A DNA stretch of 64,000 nucleotides from Clostridia bacterium (GTDB lineage: Bacteria > Bacillota > Limnochordia > DTU080 > RSA5). Shown piece by piece: positions 10,740 through 19,341 of the stretch. The notes beneath the pieces are model-generated. The model saw only the letters and a program-made list of their open reading frames with translations. It had not been told where the DNA came from and ran no database searches. The stretch's first letter is position 1; the number at the start of each line of letters is the position of its first letter. The position numbers were made by a program, and so were the translations under genes. Location: contig PKEX01000001.1 in assembly GCA_002919235.1 (NCBI GenBank), positions 5,289-69,288 of the forward strand, read 5' to 3'.

Positions 10740-11470
10740 GCCTCCTCGCCGCGCCCGGAGAGGACGGACGGATCAAATTTGTAGCCCACGCCCCACACCG
10801 TGACCAGGCTCTTTCCCACACCGTCCCGTCCCAGCTTCTCCCGGAGCGTCTTGACGTGGCTGTCGACGGTGCGGGTCTCACCCCGGCCGGCGTCGCCCCA
10901 CACCTCTTGCAGCAGCTGCTCCCGGCTGAAGGCAGTCCCCTCTCCCCGCACCAGGTACACCAGGAGGTCAAACTCTTTGGGCGTGAGCGAAACCGGCTCG
11001 CCGTGCACTTTCACTTCTCGCTTGGGGACGTCGATGAGAAGGCCCGGGTAGGAGAGCGGCGCCTCGCCGGCGGCGCCTGCGGCATCGGCCCGGCGGGCGC
11101 GCCGGGCCTTCTCGTACCGGCGGGCCAGGGCCTCCACCCGCGCGAGGAGCTCCCGGGGGTCGAAAGGCTTGGTGAGGTAATCGTCCGCGCCGGCGCCGAA
11201 GGCCTCCAGCTTGTCCTCGACGCCGGCCAGGGCGGTGAGCATCAAGACCGGCACTTCGTGCGCCTCCCGGATGCGGCGGCACACCTCCCAGCCGTCCAGG
11301 CCGGGCATCAAGACGTCCAGGACCACGACGTCGTACTCCCCTGCCTCCAGCATCCGGAGGGCCTCGCGGCCCGACGCCGCGGTCTCCACCTCGAACGCCC
11401 GCCTGAGATGCAGCGCGAGCAGGTCCCGCATGCGGGCCTCATCGTCGACCACCAGCACCCGGTGGGCCAT
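10736..11470 (-). CDS. OmpR-family response regulator
   Basis: 244 aa. Receiver domain (VLVVDDE, DVVVLDVLMPGLDG, TKPF) plus winged-helix Trans_reg_C (RTVDSHVKTLREKLG...GVGYKF). Confidence 0.9.
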   Translation of the reverse strand: MAHRVLVVDDEARMRDLLALHLRRAFEVETAASGREALRMLEAGEYDVVVLDVLMPGLDGWEVCRRIREAHEVPVLMLTALAGVEDKLEAFGAGADDYLTKPFDPRELLARVEALARRYEKARRARRADAAGAAGEAPLSYPGLLIDVPKREVKVHGEPVSLTPKEFDLLVYLVRGEGTAFSREQLLQEVWGDAGRGETRTVDSHVKTLREKLGRDGVGKSLVTVWGVGYKFDPSVLSGRGEEA

Positions 11471-11554
11471 GTTCTCCTCCCCCGCGCCAGGCGCCGGGCG
11501 CGCCCCGGACCGGCCCCCGGCCGCGCCTGCCGCCAGGCCCGCGGCCTTTGCGGC

Positions 11555-14500
11555 CTAGCCCGTGCGCGGCGCGGCGCTCCCCGGCGCCCCGCTCTCACGG
11601 ACCAGTTTCTCCAGCGCGTCCAGCTGCCCGGGGCCTGCCCGGCGCGCCTTGTGCACCAGCCGGCGCATGAGCTTCTTTCTCCGGCGGCGGTACGCCCCCT
11701 CCCCCAGGGCCCCCTGCGCCCGGGCCAGGTCCAGCCGGGCCACCTCCCGCACCTCACGGAGGAGGTCCCGGGCGCCGCCGGCGCCGCTCTCTGCCCCGGG
11801 ACCCTTCCGCTCCCACCACGCCCCGTATCCCGCCGCGGCCGCCGCGGCCAGCAGCACCGCCCCGAGGGCCAGCGACGCGCCGCGGGGGTCCCGGACGAAC
11901 CACTGCACCAGCCAGTCGCCGGGAAAGCGGTCCAGCGACCCCAGGACCGGAAGCTCGAGCACCGCCGGGTTCCAGCCGGCTACCGCCCCCGCCAGGCTCC
12001 CCGGGCGCACCGTCACCTGCCAGGTGGTCCCCGGCGAGAGCAGCCGGCTCACCTGCGTCTCCAGCGGCTGGCCCGCCACCACCTCCACCGGCCCCGGTTC
12101 CAGGTCCACCCCGCCCGCGACCAGTTCCCCGGGCACCGCCATCACCACCAGCTCCGCGGTGGGGTAGACGATCTCCTTCCGAAGCGGGTGCGGCCAGCGG
12201 GCAACGGCCACCTGGTACTGCAGGGCGTAGCGGCGCGTCTCGCCCGGCGCAAGGGGCCGCGGGTCCCGCACCACGCCGTCCGCCAGCTCCAGGGGCTGGT
12301 CCTCCCAGGTGACCGACGCGGCGCCGGCGGCCAGCGGCAGCTCCACCCCGGGGGCGGGCCCGTCCCCCGCGTTGGCCAGGGCGATCAGGTCCAGCGCCCA
12401 GAGCCGCCCGTCCTGCCACCGGAGCACCAGCGTCTCCCGGGGGACGTACACGGCGGGCTCCCCGCTCCCGGCGGGAGCGCCGGGCGCTTGAGCGGAGGCA
12501 GCCGGGCCGAGACCCACCGCCAGCGCCGCCGCGAGCACGAGGACCATCAGGCCTTTCCCGCCGGATCCGCCCCGCTGCCCCGGGGTCCCGCGCCCCCCGG
12601 CCAGCAGCCAGCGCAGCTCGGCCACGACGCGGCCCATGGCTTGCCGCTCCCGCTCCAGCTGGGCCCGGGCCTTCGGCGACAGCTCGGCGAAGAGGGCCTG
12701 GTACTCCGTGTCGGAGAGCTTTCCGGCCTGGTAGTCCAGCTCGATCTCGGCGAGGCTCGCGACCGCCCGCTCTTCCTCCAAGAGCTGGGGCGTCCGCCGG
12801 CGGGGCCACAGGGAGAACAACGCCCCCAGCACCAACAGCCCGCCGCCGGCCCAGATCAGCCAGACGCCCGGGTTGTAGTAGAACTTAAACGCCACGTAGC
12901 TGCCGAAGGGCTCCCAGCCCGCCAGCACCGCGTACAGGTCGCCTTTCCAGGTGCCGTAGATGGCCACCTGGGTGGTGGGGCCCTGGCCGGGATCGGCGGT
13001 GGGGTAAAACCGCTTGCTGGGCAGGAGGTACCCGAGAGGCCGGTTCTCCCGGTCCCGCACCAAGAGCGCCGCCTCGACGGCGGGCACGCCGCCGTGCACC
13101 GCCTCGTCGATGTGAAACAGGGTGAGCCGGTACGGGCCCACTGCCGCCTGCTGGCCCACCTCCAGCACCGCGGTGGTCTCTTCCTGGTACACCTGGGAGA
13201 GGGCGATCCCCACCACCATCATCAGGACGCCCAGGTGGACCACGTACCCCCCGTACCGGCCGGGACTGCGGTTCATCATCCGCAGCAGGGCCAGGAGCCA
13301 GAGCTCCCGGCGGCTCTTGCGCCGGACGCTCAGCCCTTTCGCAAACTCCATCAGGATGGTGACGGCCACGAACATGACCGCCGGCAGTGTGAGGAGGATG
13401 GCCAGCTCCCGCACGCCGATGACCAGGAGCCACACCGCCATGAAAATGGCGTTGAGGAGGGGCGCCGCAAACTGCCGCTTGAGGTTCTCCGCCGTCGCCT
13501 GCCGCCAGGCGATGAGAGGCCCGATCCCCATGAGGACCACCATGGCCCAAAAGAGCGGGCCCGTCACCCGTTCAAAGTAGGGCGTGCCCACCGTCACCTG
13601 GCGGCCGAAGGCCGCAGCCACCAGGGGGAAGACGGTGCCCCAGAAGATGGCAAAGCCCATGGCGAGAAAGACCACGTTGCTCGCGAGAAAGCTGGACTCC
13701 TTGGAAAGGGGCGAGACGATGGCCCGGTCGTCCGCGAGCTGGGGCCAGCGGGCGATCATGGCGTAGAGATAGGCCGCGCTGGCCACGCCCATGTAGCCGA
13801 TGAACCACGGGCTCACGTCCGACTCGACGAACGCGTGCACCGAAGTGAGGATCCCCGAGCGGGTGACAAAGGTGCCAAAGACGGTGAGCAGGTACGTGAC
13901 AAACACCAAGGCGTAGTTCCACCGCCGCAGCATCCCGCGCTTTTCTTCGATGACCCCCGAGTGGATGAAGGCGGTGGCGACGAGCCAGGGCATGAACGAG
14001 GCGTTTTCCACCGGGTCCCAGCCCCAGTAGCCGCCCCAGCCCAGCACCTCGTAGGCCCAGCGCGCCCCGTACAGGATGCCGAGGCTGAGAAACGTCCACG
14101 CCACCAGCGACCAGCGGCGGGTGATGCGGATCCACTCCCGCTCGCCGGTGACCAGCGACGAGAGCGCGTAGGCGAAAGGCACGGAAAAGCCCACGTAGCC
14201 CAGGTAGAGCATGACGGGGTGCGAGGTCATCCAGTAGCTCTGGAGAATGGGATTCATTCCCGCCCCGTCGGCGGGAGCCGGCAGCCGGTAGGCGAACGGA
14301 TCCAGAGCCCAGGCCACCATCGCCGCGAAGAACGCGGCGACGGCCGCGAGAATCCCGGCCGCGCCCCGGTGGAGAGGTTTCCCGCTCCGGGCCCGCCCGG
14401 CGATGACCAGGCCGAAGCCGGCCTGGAGCCACAGCCAGAGGATCAAGGAGCCCTCTTGCCCCGCCCACAAGGCCGTCACCTTGTACACCGGGGCCAGCGC

Positions 14501-14749
14501 CCGGCTGGACCGGCCGGCCACGTAGAGAAAGGCGAAGGCGTCCGTGAGAAAGAGTCCGATCATCAGGGCCATCGCCGCGGTGACCAGCGCCCAGCCCGCG
14601 GCGTGGAGCCGGAAAGGCCACGCCGCCGGGACGGCCCGGCCCCGGCCGGGGGCGAGCACCGGCCAGAGCCCCACCGCCGCCGCCCCGGCAAAAAGGACGG
14701 CCGCGGCCGAAAGCGCCCCGTTTCCTAAGAGTGCCACCAGCTGCTCCAT
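11555..14749 (-). CDS. ccmF: Cytochrome c-type biogenesis protein CcmF fused to a ~480-aa C-terminal CcmI/CycH-like extension
   Basis: Start set at MEQLVALLGNG (ATG ~14749) within the 1174-aa ORF. WWD heme-handling motif WGGYWGWDPVENASFMPW and multi-TM CcmF body ending around LWPRRRTPQ. The frame then continues without a stop into AEIELDYQAGKLSDTEYQALFAEL and LDLARAQGALGEGAYRRRRKKLMRRL (CcmI/CycH N-terminal-like motifs), an internal signal-like segment and a further TM. Confidence 0.8.
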   Translation of the reverse strand: MEQLVALLGNGALSAAAVLFAGAAAVGLWPVLAPGRGRAVPAAWPFRLHAAGWALVTAAMALMIGLFLTDAFAFLYVAGRSSRALAPVYKVTALWAGQEGSLILWLWLQAGFGLVIAGRARSGKPLHRGAAGILAAVAAFFAAMVAWALDPFAYRLPAPADGAGMNPILQSYWMTSHPVMLYLGYVGFSVPFAYALSSLVTGEREWIRITRRWSLVAWTFLSLGILYGARWAYEVLGWGGYWGWDPVENASFMPWLVATAFIHSGVIEEKRGMLRRWNYALVFVTYLLTVFGTFVTRSGILTSVHAFVESDVSPWFIGYMGVASAAYLYAMIARWPQLADDRAIVSPLSKESSFLASNVVFLAMGFAIFWGTVFPLVAAAFGRQVTVGTPYFERVTGPLFWAMVVLMGIGPLIAWRQATAENLKRQFAAPLLNAIFMAVWLLVIGVRELAILLTLPAVMFVAVTILMEFAKGLSVRRKSRRELWLLALLRMMNRSPGRYGGYVVHLGVLMMVVGIALSQVYQEETTAVLEVGQQAAVGPYRLTLFHIDEAVHGGVPAVEAALLVRDRENRPLGYLLPSKRFYPTADPGQGPTTQVAIYGTWKGDLYAVLAGWEPFGSYVAFKFYYNPGVWLIWAGGGLLVLGALFSLWPRRRTPQLLEEERAVASLAEIELDYQAGKLSDTEYQALFAELSPKARAQLERERQAMGRVVAELRWLLAGGRGTPGQRGGSGGKGLMVLVLAAALAVGLGPAASAQAPGAPAGSGEPAVYVPRETLVLRWQDGRLWALDLIALANAGDGPAPGVELPLAAGAASVTWEDQPLELADGVVRDPRPLAPGETRRYALQYQVAVARWPHPLRKEIVYPTAELVVMAVPGELVAGGVDLEPGPVEVVAGQPLETQVSRLLSPGTTWQVTVRPGSLAGAVAGWNPAVLELPVLGSLDRFPGDWLVQWFVRDPRGASLALGAVLLAAAAAAGYGAWWERKGPGAESGAGGARDLLREVREVARLDLARAQGALGEGAYRRRRKKLMRRLVHKARRAGPGQLDALEKLVRESGAPGSAAPRTG

Positions 14750-14868
14750 GCTTTCTGCCCCGTTTCCTGCACTGAACCGTCTCAGATCCGGCGGGTCCCC
14801 GCCCCACGCAGGGCGCCGGGCAGCGAGAGCGCCCGGCCCGCTGAGCGCTAACGCCGGGCGGCAGCGTC

Positions 14869-15780
14869 TCACGAGAGGTACTCGTCGATTTGCTGGAGGA
14901 GCTCCTCCCGCTCCTGCTCGCTCGCGGGCGCGCCGGAGGGAGCCTCCCCCGAGCGGCGGGCCCGCCGGGAACGGGCCAGGAGCCGCCCCCAGGCCACCAG
15001 CCCTCCGGCCAAGGCCGCGCCGGGCAGCGCCCACACCAGCGCGGAAAAGCCCCGGGCCGGCGGGGCCATGAGGATCCACTCCCCGTACTGCTCCGCAAAG
15101 GCCGCGAGGATCTCCTCTCCCCGCATCCCGGCCAGCAGGAGCTCCCGCACCTGCTCGCGCAGCTCAAGGGAGGTGGGCGCGTCGGACTCCCAGATCGAAC
15201 GCCCTTCGCACTCCCGGCAGCGGATCATCTGCGAGACCCGCTTGAGCTGGTCCAGCAAGTCGGGACCGCCCGCCAGCATCAAGGGGATGTGGGTCGCGAG
15301 ATCGACGCGGGAGAGCTCCGCCGCCGCCGCCGAGCTCAGCGTCCCGCGGCTGGTGACGAAGTACACCCCCGGGACAAACCGCAGGCCCAGGGCCCGGGCC
15401 GCCTCGCCGGCCGGATCGAGGTAGACCGGCACATGCACCTGCCGGCCCCGCAGCGCGGCCCGCACCGCGGCCGGGGTGTCGCCCACCTGCACGGCGGCCA
15501 CCAGGGCCTGCTGGCCCAGCTCCGCCTGGAGGGCGCCCAGCAGCTCAAAGTCGTCGGCGCACGCCGTGCAGCCCGCGGAGGAAAACCGGAGCACCACCGG
15601 CCGGCCCCGCCAGCTCTCCGGCGTGACCGCCTCCCCGTCCAGGGTGTAGAGGACAAACTCCGGCAGGGGGTCGCCCACCCCTATCCCGCCGGCGACGAAC
15701 AGCCGGAGGGAAAGTGCCAAGAACAGCAAGAACAGCCCGGCGCCGGCGGCGCCGATCCAAAACGCCCTGCGTACTCTCAT
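14869..15780 (-). CDS. ccmH: Thioredoxin-fold domain fused to CcmH (LRCxxC heme-lyase subunit)
   Basis: Start MRVRRAFWIGAAG (ATGA overlap with the upstream tlpA/ccmG stop). N-terminal TlpA-like domain with atypical CTAC dithiol (SSAGCTACADD). C-terminal IRCRECEGRSIWESDAP...LREQVRELLLAGMRGEEILAAFAEQYGEWILMAPP matches the CcmH core, followed by a TM. Confidence 0.8.
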   Translation of the reverse strand: MRVRRAFWIGAAGAGLFLLFLALSLRLFVAGGIGVGDPLPEFVLYTLDGEAVTPESWRGRPVVLRFSSAGCTACADDFELLGALQAELGQQALVAAVQVGDTPAAVRAALRGRQVHVPVYLDPAGEAARALGLRFVPGVYFVTSRGTLSSAAAAELSRVDLATHIPLMLAGGPDLLDQLKRVSQMIRCRECEGRSIWESDAPTSLELREQVRELLLAGMRGEEILAAFAEQYGEWILMAPPARGFSALVWALPGAALAGGLVAWGRLLARSRRARRSGEAPSGAPASEQEREELLQQIDEYLS

Positions 15781-16355
15781 CAAGAGGCGCCTCCCGGCCC
15801 GCTTTCGCCCGGGCCGCCGGCGGCCTCGTCTCCGAGGAGCAGCTCCACCGCCCGGGCCAGGTGCGCCTCGGTCAGCGGCCCGATGAACCGCGCCACGGCG
15901 ATACCGTCCGCGTCCACCAGCCACGTCTCGGGGACGCCGGTCACCTGGTATACCTTGCTCACCCGCTCAAAGCGGTCCAGCAGGATGGGGTACGTCACGC
16001 CGTAGCGCTGGACGAAGGGGCGCACCAGCCCTTCGGTCTCCCTCATGTTGACGCCGAGGAGCGCGATGCGGTGGCCCCAGCGGCGCTGAAAGGCTTCCAG
16101 CGCCGGCAGCTCGTCCTTGCACTCCGGGCACCACGTGGTCCAGAAGTTGATGAGGACAGCCTTGCCCCGCAGGTCGCTCAGCGACAGCTTCCCCCCGTCC
16201 AGCGTCTCCAGGGTGAAGTCAGGCGCGGGCGCCCCCACCTCCGCCCGGGCGTCGAGGCGCTGGTGGTAGAGGAAGGCCGCGGCCAGGAAGGCCGCCAGCA
16301 CCAGGAAGGGCACGTAGCGCAGCCACGCAGCCCGCTTGCCCGCAGCGGCCTGCAC
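15780..16355 (-). CDS. ccmG: Thiol:disulfide oxidoreductase (CcmG/ResA/TlpA family)
   Basis: 191 aa. N-terminal TM anchor, WCPEC active site, thioredoxin fold. GTG start preceded by GGGGGAGG. Confidence 0.85.
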   Translation of the reverse strand: MQAAAGKRAAWLRYVPFLVLAAFLAAAFLYHQRLDARAEVGAPAPDFTLETLDGGKLSLSDLRGKAVLINFWTTWCPECKDELPALEAFQRRWGHRIALLGVNMRETEGLVRPFVQRYGVTYPILLDRFERVSKVYQVTGVPETWLVDADGIAVARFIGPLTEAHLARAVELLLGDEAAGGPGESGPGGAS

Positions 16356-16358
16356 CGC

Positions 16359-16532
16359 TCACGCCTCCCCCGGGCCGCCCGCTCCGGGCGCGGCGGTCTC
16401 CTGCCGCGAGCCCAGCGCCGCCTCCAGGGCCTCGATCTGCTCCCGCAGGCGCTGGGCCTGCCGTCCCAGGCTGTAGGAGTAGGCGAAGATGCCGATCCAC
16501 ACGATGGCGTACGCGACGAAGAGATACGTCAT
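16359..16532 (-). CDS. ccmD: Heme exporter protein D (CcmD-like small membrane protein, 57 aa)
   Basis: Not in the ORF track (below the length cutoff). rc translation MTYLFVAYAIVWIGIFAYSYSLGRQAQRLREQIEALEAALGSRQE... has a single TM and a conserved Tyr-rich CcmD-like N-terminus. RBS GAGGAGG 8 nt upstream. Sits between ccmC and ccmG as expected. Coordinates approximate (+/- 3 nt). Confidence 0.55.
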   Translation of the reverse strand: MTYLFVAYAIVWIGIFAYSYSLGRQAQRLREQIEALEAALGSRQETAAPGAGGPGEA

Positions 16533-16584
16533 CCCAGGAGCCTCCTCACGTCCAGGGCGCGCCCTCAGGGCTCACGCCGCGCGT

Positions 16585-17268
16585 TCACGGCCAGAGCAGC
16601 TGCTCTTTGAGCCGCTGCACCCGCTGCTTCAGCTCTTCCACCTCGAGGCGCCGGCCCCAGAGGTAAAGCCCCAGCAGCGTCATGGCGATCACCGAGACGA
16701 TCATGGTCAGCAGCATCGGGAAGGGCATCCCGCCGCTTTCCCGCAGCACGCTGGGATGGATTCCCCGGGGCCACAGGACGACCGAGTAGTGGATGAGCGG
16801 GATGTCCAAGAAACCCACGATGCCAAAGACCGCGGCGAACCGCTTGAGCCGCGGGCTCCCTTCCGCTCCCGCCTGGATCAAGAGGTACGCGACGTAGATA
16901 AACCACAGGATCAAGGTGGTCACAAGGCGGGGGTCCCACGTCCACCAGACGTTCCAGATGGGACGGGCCCAGAGGGAGCCCAGGATCAGCGTCAGCGAGA
17001 TGAACAGGACGCCCAGCTCCGCGGCGGTGCGGCCCGCGGCGTCCCACGCCTCGTCCTTGCGGACCAGGTAGAGCAGCCCGGAAAGCGCCACCATGGCGAT
17101 GAAGAGGTACCCGTTCCAGGCCGTGGCCACGTGGTAGTAAAAGATCCGCTGGACGTCCCCGGTGGCCTCCCGGGGCGCGTAGACGAACACCATGTAAAGC
17201 GAGACGGTGACGAGGACCAGCGCCGAAAGGCCCACCGCCTTCTGCGCCCTGACCAAAACCCGGAGCAT
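16585..17268 (-). CDS. ccmC: Heme exporter protein C (CcmC)
   Basis: 227 aa. WWD domain WNVWWTWDPRL, conserved His residues, 6 TM. Confidence 0.9.
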   Translation of the reverse strand: MLRVLVRAQKAVGLSALVLVTVSLYMVFVYAPREATGDVQRIFYYHVATAWNGYLFIAMVALSGLLYLVRKDEAWDAAGRTAAELGVLFISLTLILGSLWARPIWNVWWTWDPRLVTTLILWFIYVAYLLIQAGAEGSPRLKRFAAVFGIVGFLDIPLIHYSVVLWPRGIHPSVLRESGGMPFPMLLTMIVSVIAMTLLGLYLWGRRLEVEELKQRVQRLKEQLLWP

Positions 17269-17272
17269 CCCC

Positions 17273-17953
17273 TCACACCTCCATCAGCGACTCGTAGAGC
17301 AGCGCCGGAACCGCGGTGAACAGCACGTCAAACACCACCAGCAGCCGCAGCCACGACCCCGTGGCCGCCGTCACCTCGCCCGTCACCCCGGCCGATACCA
17401 CCGCCGCCCCGCCCAGGATGACGGGGACCAGCAGCGGGAACAGCACCACGGGGAGCAAAAGGCCCGTCGCCCGCTCGCCCGCGGTGGCGCCGGCCAGGAG
17501 CGTGCCCAGCGCGGCAAACCCCCACGTCCCGAGGAACAGCCCGAGGATCACCAGGTGCGGCAGGGCCATCCCCCTCAGGGCAAAGGCGGCGGCAAACACC
17601 GGCACCGCCGCCGCCTCCACCACGGCCAGCAGCGCCAGGTGAAAGAGGCACTTGCCGAGGAACAGGGCGCTGCGGTCCACCGGGGCCAGCGCCGCGCCCC
17701 GCCCGCGCCCCTCCACCTCGTCGACCCGGGCCGAGCGGGCCATGCCGATGGTCCCGGCGAACAGGATGGCTGTCCAAAGCGCCCCCGGGAAAAAGCGGGC
17801 TCCTTCGGCGCTGGCGATGTCGAAAGCGAAGTGAAACACGACCGCGAGCAGCAGCGCAAAGCTGGCCGTCGCGATCAGCGTCTCAAAGCTCTTGCGCTCC
17901 AGCAGCGCGTCCTTGGCCGCCAGGGCGAGCACCGCCCTGAGATACGCCTTCAC
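17273..17953 (-). CDS. ccmB: Heme exporter protein B (CcmB)
   Basis: Start set at the GTG giving [26 protein letters not shown] (GTGA overlap with the ccmA stop). 6-TM ABC-2-like CcmB. The N-terminal 48 aa of the track ORF are judged to be read-through. Confidence 0.8.
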   Translation of the reverse strand: MKAYLRAVLALAAKDALLERKSFETLIATASFALLLAVVFHFAFDIASAEGARFFPGALWTAILFAGTIGMARSARVDEVEGRGRGAALAPVDRSALFLGKCLFHLALLAVVEAAAVPVFAAAFALRGMALPHLVILGLFLGTWGFAALGTLLAGATAGERATGLLLPVVLFPLLVPVILGGAAVVSAGVTGEVTAATGSWLRLLVVFDVLFTAVPALLYESLMEV

Positions 17954-18660
17954 CCGCGGGCCTCCTCGGCGAAAGACGGCGTCCACTCCTCCGGCCGCCG
18001 CCCGGCGGTGGGCACGGCGCCCAGGAGCGTTCCCCGCTGCATCTCCACGACCTCGTCCACCACGTCCCATGCCCGCCGCCAGCGGTGCGTCACCCACAGG
18101 GCGGCGATGCCCCGCTCTTTCGCCTCGCGAAACAGGTTGAGAATCAAGCCCTCCCCCCGGGCATCGATCCCGGAGAGGGGCTCGTCCAACAGCAGCAGCT
18201 CCGGCCGGTGCAGCAGCGCCCGCGCCAGCGCCAGGCGCTGGATCATCCCCCGGGAAAAGCGGCTGACCGGCTCGTGGGCGTACGCCTCAAGGCCGACGGC
18301 GGCCAGCTTTTCCCGGGCTGCGGCCCGGGGCGCCGCAAGGCCGTAGAGCCGGGCGTAGAACACCAGGTTTTCCAGAGCGGTGAGTTCCCCGTAAAGGAGC
18401 GGCTCGTGCAGCACCACGCCCAGGGCCCGGCGGTAGGCCAGCGGCTTCTCCCGCACGTCGCGGCCCCGGTACCGCACCGTGCCCGTGTACGGCACCAGCG
18501 TCGCCAGGGCTTTGAGCAGCGTGGTCTTGCCCGCGCCGTTGGGCCCCACCAGCGCTTTCCACTGGCCGGGGCGCAAGGCCAGATGCGTGGGGTGGACCAG
18601 CGTCCGGCCGCCCGCCTGCACCGACAGGCCCAAGGCCTCAAGGAGAGCGCCGGCGCTCAT
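17950..18660 (-). CDS. ccmA: Cytochrome c biogenesis ATP-binding export protein CcmA
   Basis: 236 aa. Walker [11 protein letters not shown], signature [15 protein letters not shown], Walker B LLLLDEP. Confidence 0.85.
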   Translation of the reverse strand: MSAGALLEALGLSVQAGGRTLVHPTHLALRPGQWKALVGPNGAGKTTLLKALATLVPYTGTVRYRGRDVREKPLAYRRALGVVLHEPLLYGELTALENLVFYARLYGLAAPRAAAREKLAAVGLEAYAHEPVSRFSRGMIQRLALARALLHRPELLLLDEPLSGIDARGEGLILNLFREAKERGIAALWVTHRWRRAWDVVDEVVEMQRGTLLGAVPTAGRRPEEWTPSFAEEARG

Positions 18661-19112
18661 AGCCCCAGCGGGATCGACGCAGGGTGCTCGTCCGCCGCCA
18701 CTTCAAAGCGGGACGGGCAGGCCAGCATCAGGGTGTCGGCGCGGAAGACCCCGTTTTCGTCAAAGCGGCCCTCGAGGATGGCCGTGGCGTCTTCGGTGAA
18801 GTTGTCGGGGCGCGGCCCGTAATAGACCGCCGGGACCATCGCGCCGCTCTCGCCCTTCACGGCGAAGCTGAGCCGCATCTCCTTGGGCTCCCACTGGATG
18901 GTGCCCGGCACGATGTCGCCGTTCAGCCGGATCTGCCTGCCCGAGTGGGCGATCCCTTGCGCCAGGGCCTCTTCGACCGTGAAGTAGTACATCGTCGAAT
19001 CGAAGGCCGCCGTCGCGATCAGATAGGCCAGACCGGCCAGAGCCAGGAACGATGCGATCAATAGCCTCTTGGACTTCCTCACGGCGCTCGACCCCGCGAT
19101 GTGGATTTTCAT
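18657..19112 (-). CDS. ccmE: Cytochrome c-type biogenesis protein CcmE (heme chaperone), Cys-type variant
   Basis: Start set at MKIHIAG...KRLLIASFLALAGLAYL (membrane anchor); an upstream in-frame ATG exists at 19154. OB-fold region IRLNGDIVPGTIQWEP...ILEGRF matches CcmE. The heme-binding position reads LACPSRFE (Cys) instead of the canonical HxxxY His. ATGA overlap with ccmA. Confidence 0.75.
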   Translation of the reverse strand: MKIHIAGSSAVRKSKRLLIASFLALAGLAYLIATAAFDSTMYYFTVEEALAQGIAHSGRQIRLNGDIVPGTIQWEPKEMRLSFAVKGESGAMVPAVYYGPRPDNFTEDATAILEGRFDENGVFRADTLMLACPSRFEVAADEHPASIPLGL

Positions 19113-19341
19113 CGTATAAGGATAGCACAAAAGGACCAGGCGGCCTCCGCCCATTTGTGAAGAAAGTGTGAAAGGTGCAGGAACTCGATGGGACGGGCGT
19201 TCCCGTCCGGCCCGGCAAGTTGACCCGCCCTGCCGCGAAAGCTACCATTTGGGTTAAGGAGCGCGCGAGCACCTCTTTTGGATGACACTTGTCCCATGTC
19301 ATTCGAAGCCCCGGCTCGTCCCCGGGGCGAGGAGGCAGGCG

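Noticed and set aside
10856-14728. 1290-aa plus-strand ORF, with 8854..10971 (-), 11754..12809 (-) and 13572..15167 (-)
   Set aside because: Antisense or off-frame relative to ccmF, the HK and the RR. Arg/Gly/Pro-rich artefact translations.
19113-19154. Upstream in-frame ATG extending ccmE by 14 aa (MGGGRLVLLCYPYT)
   Set aside because: Neither start has a good SD. The shorter form gives a canonical basic N-terminus plus TM anchor, so the shorter start is preferred, though this is uncertain.
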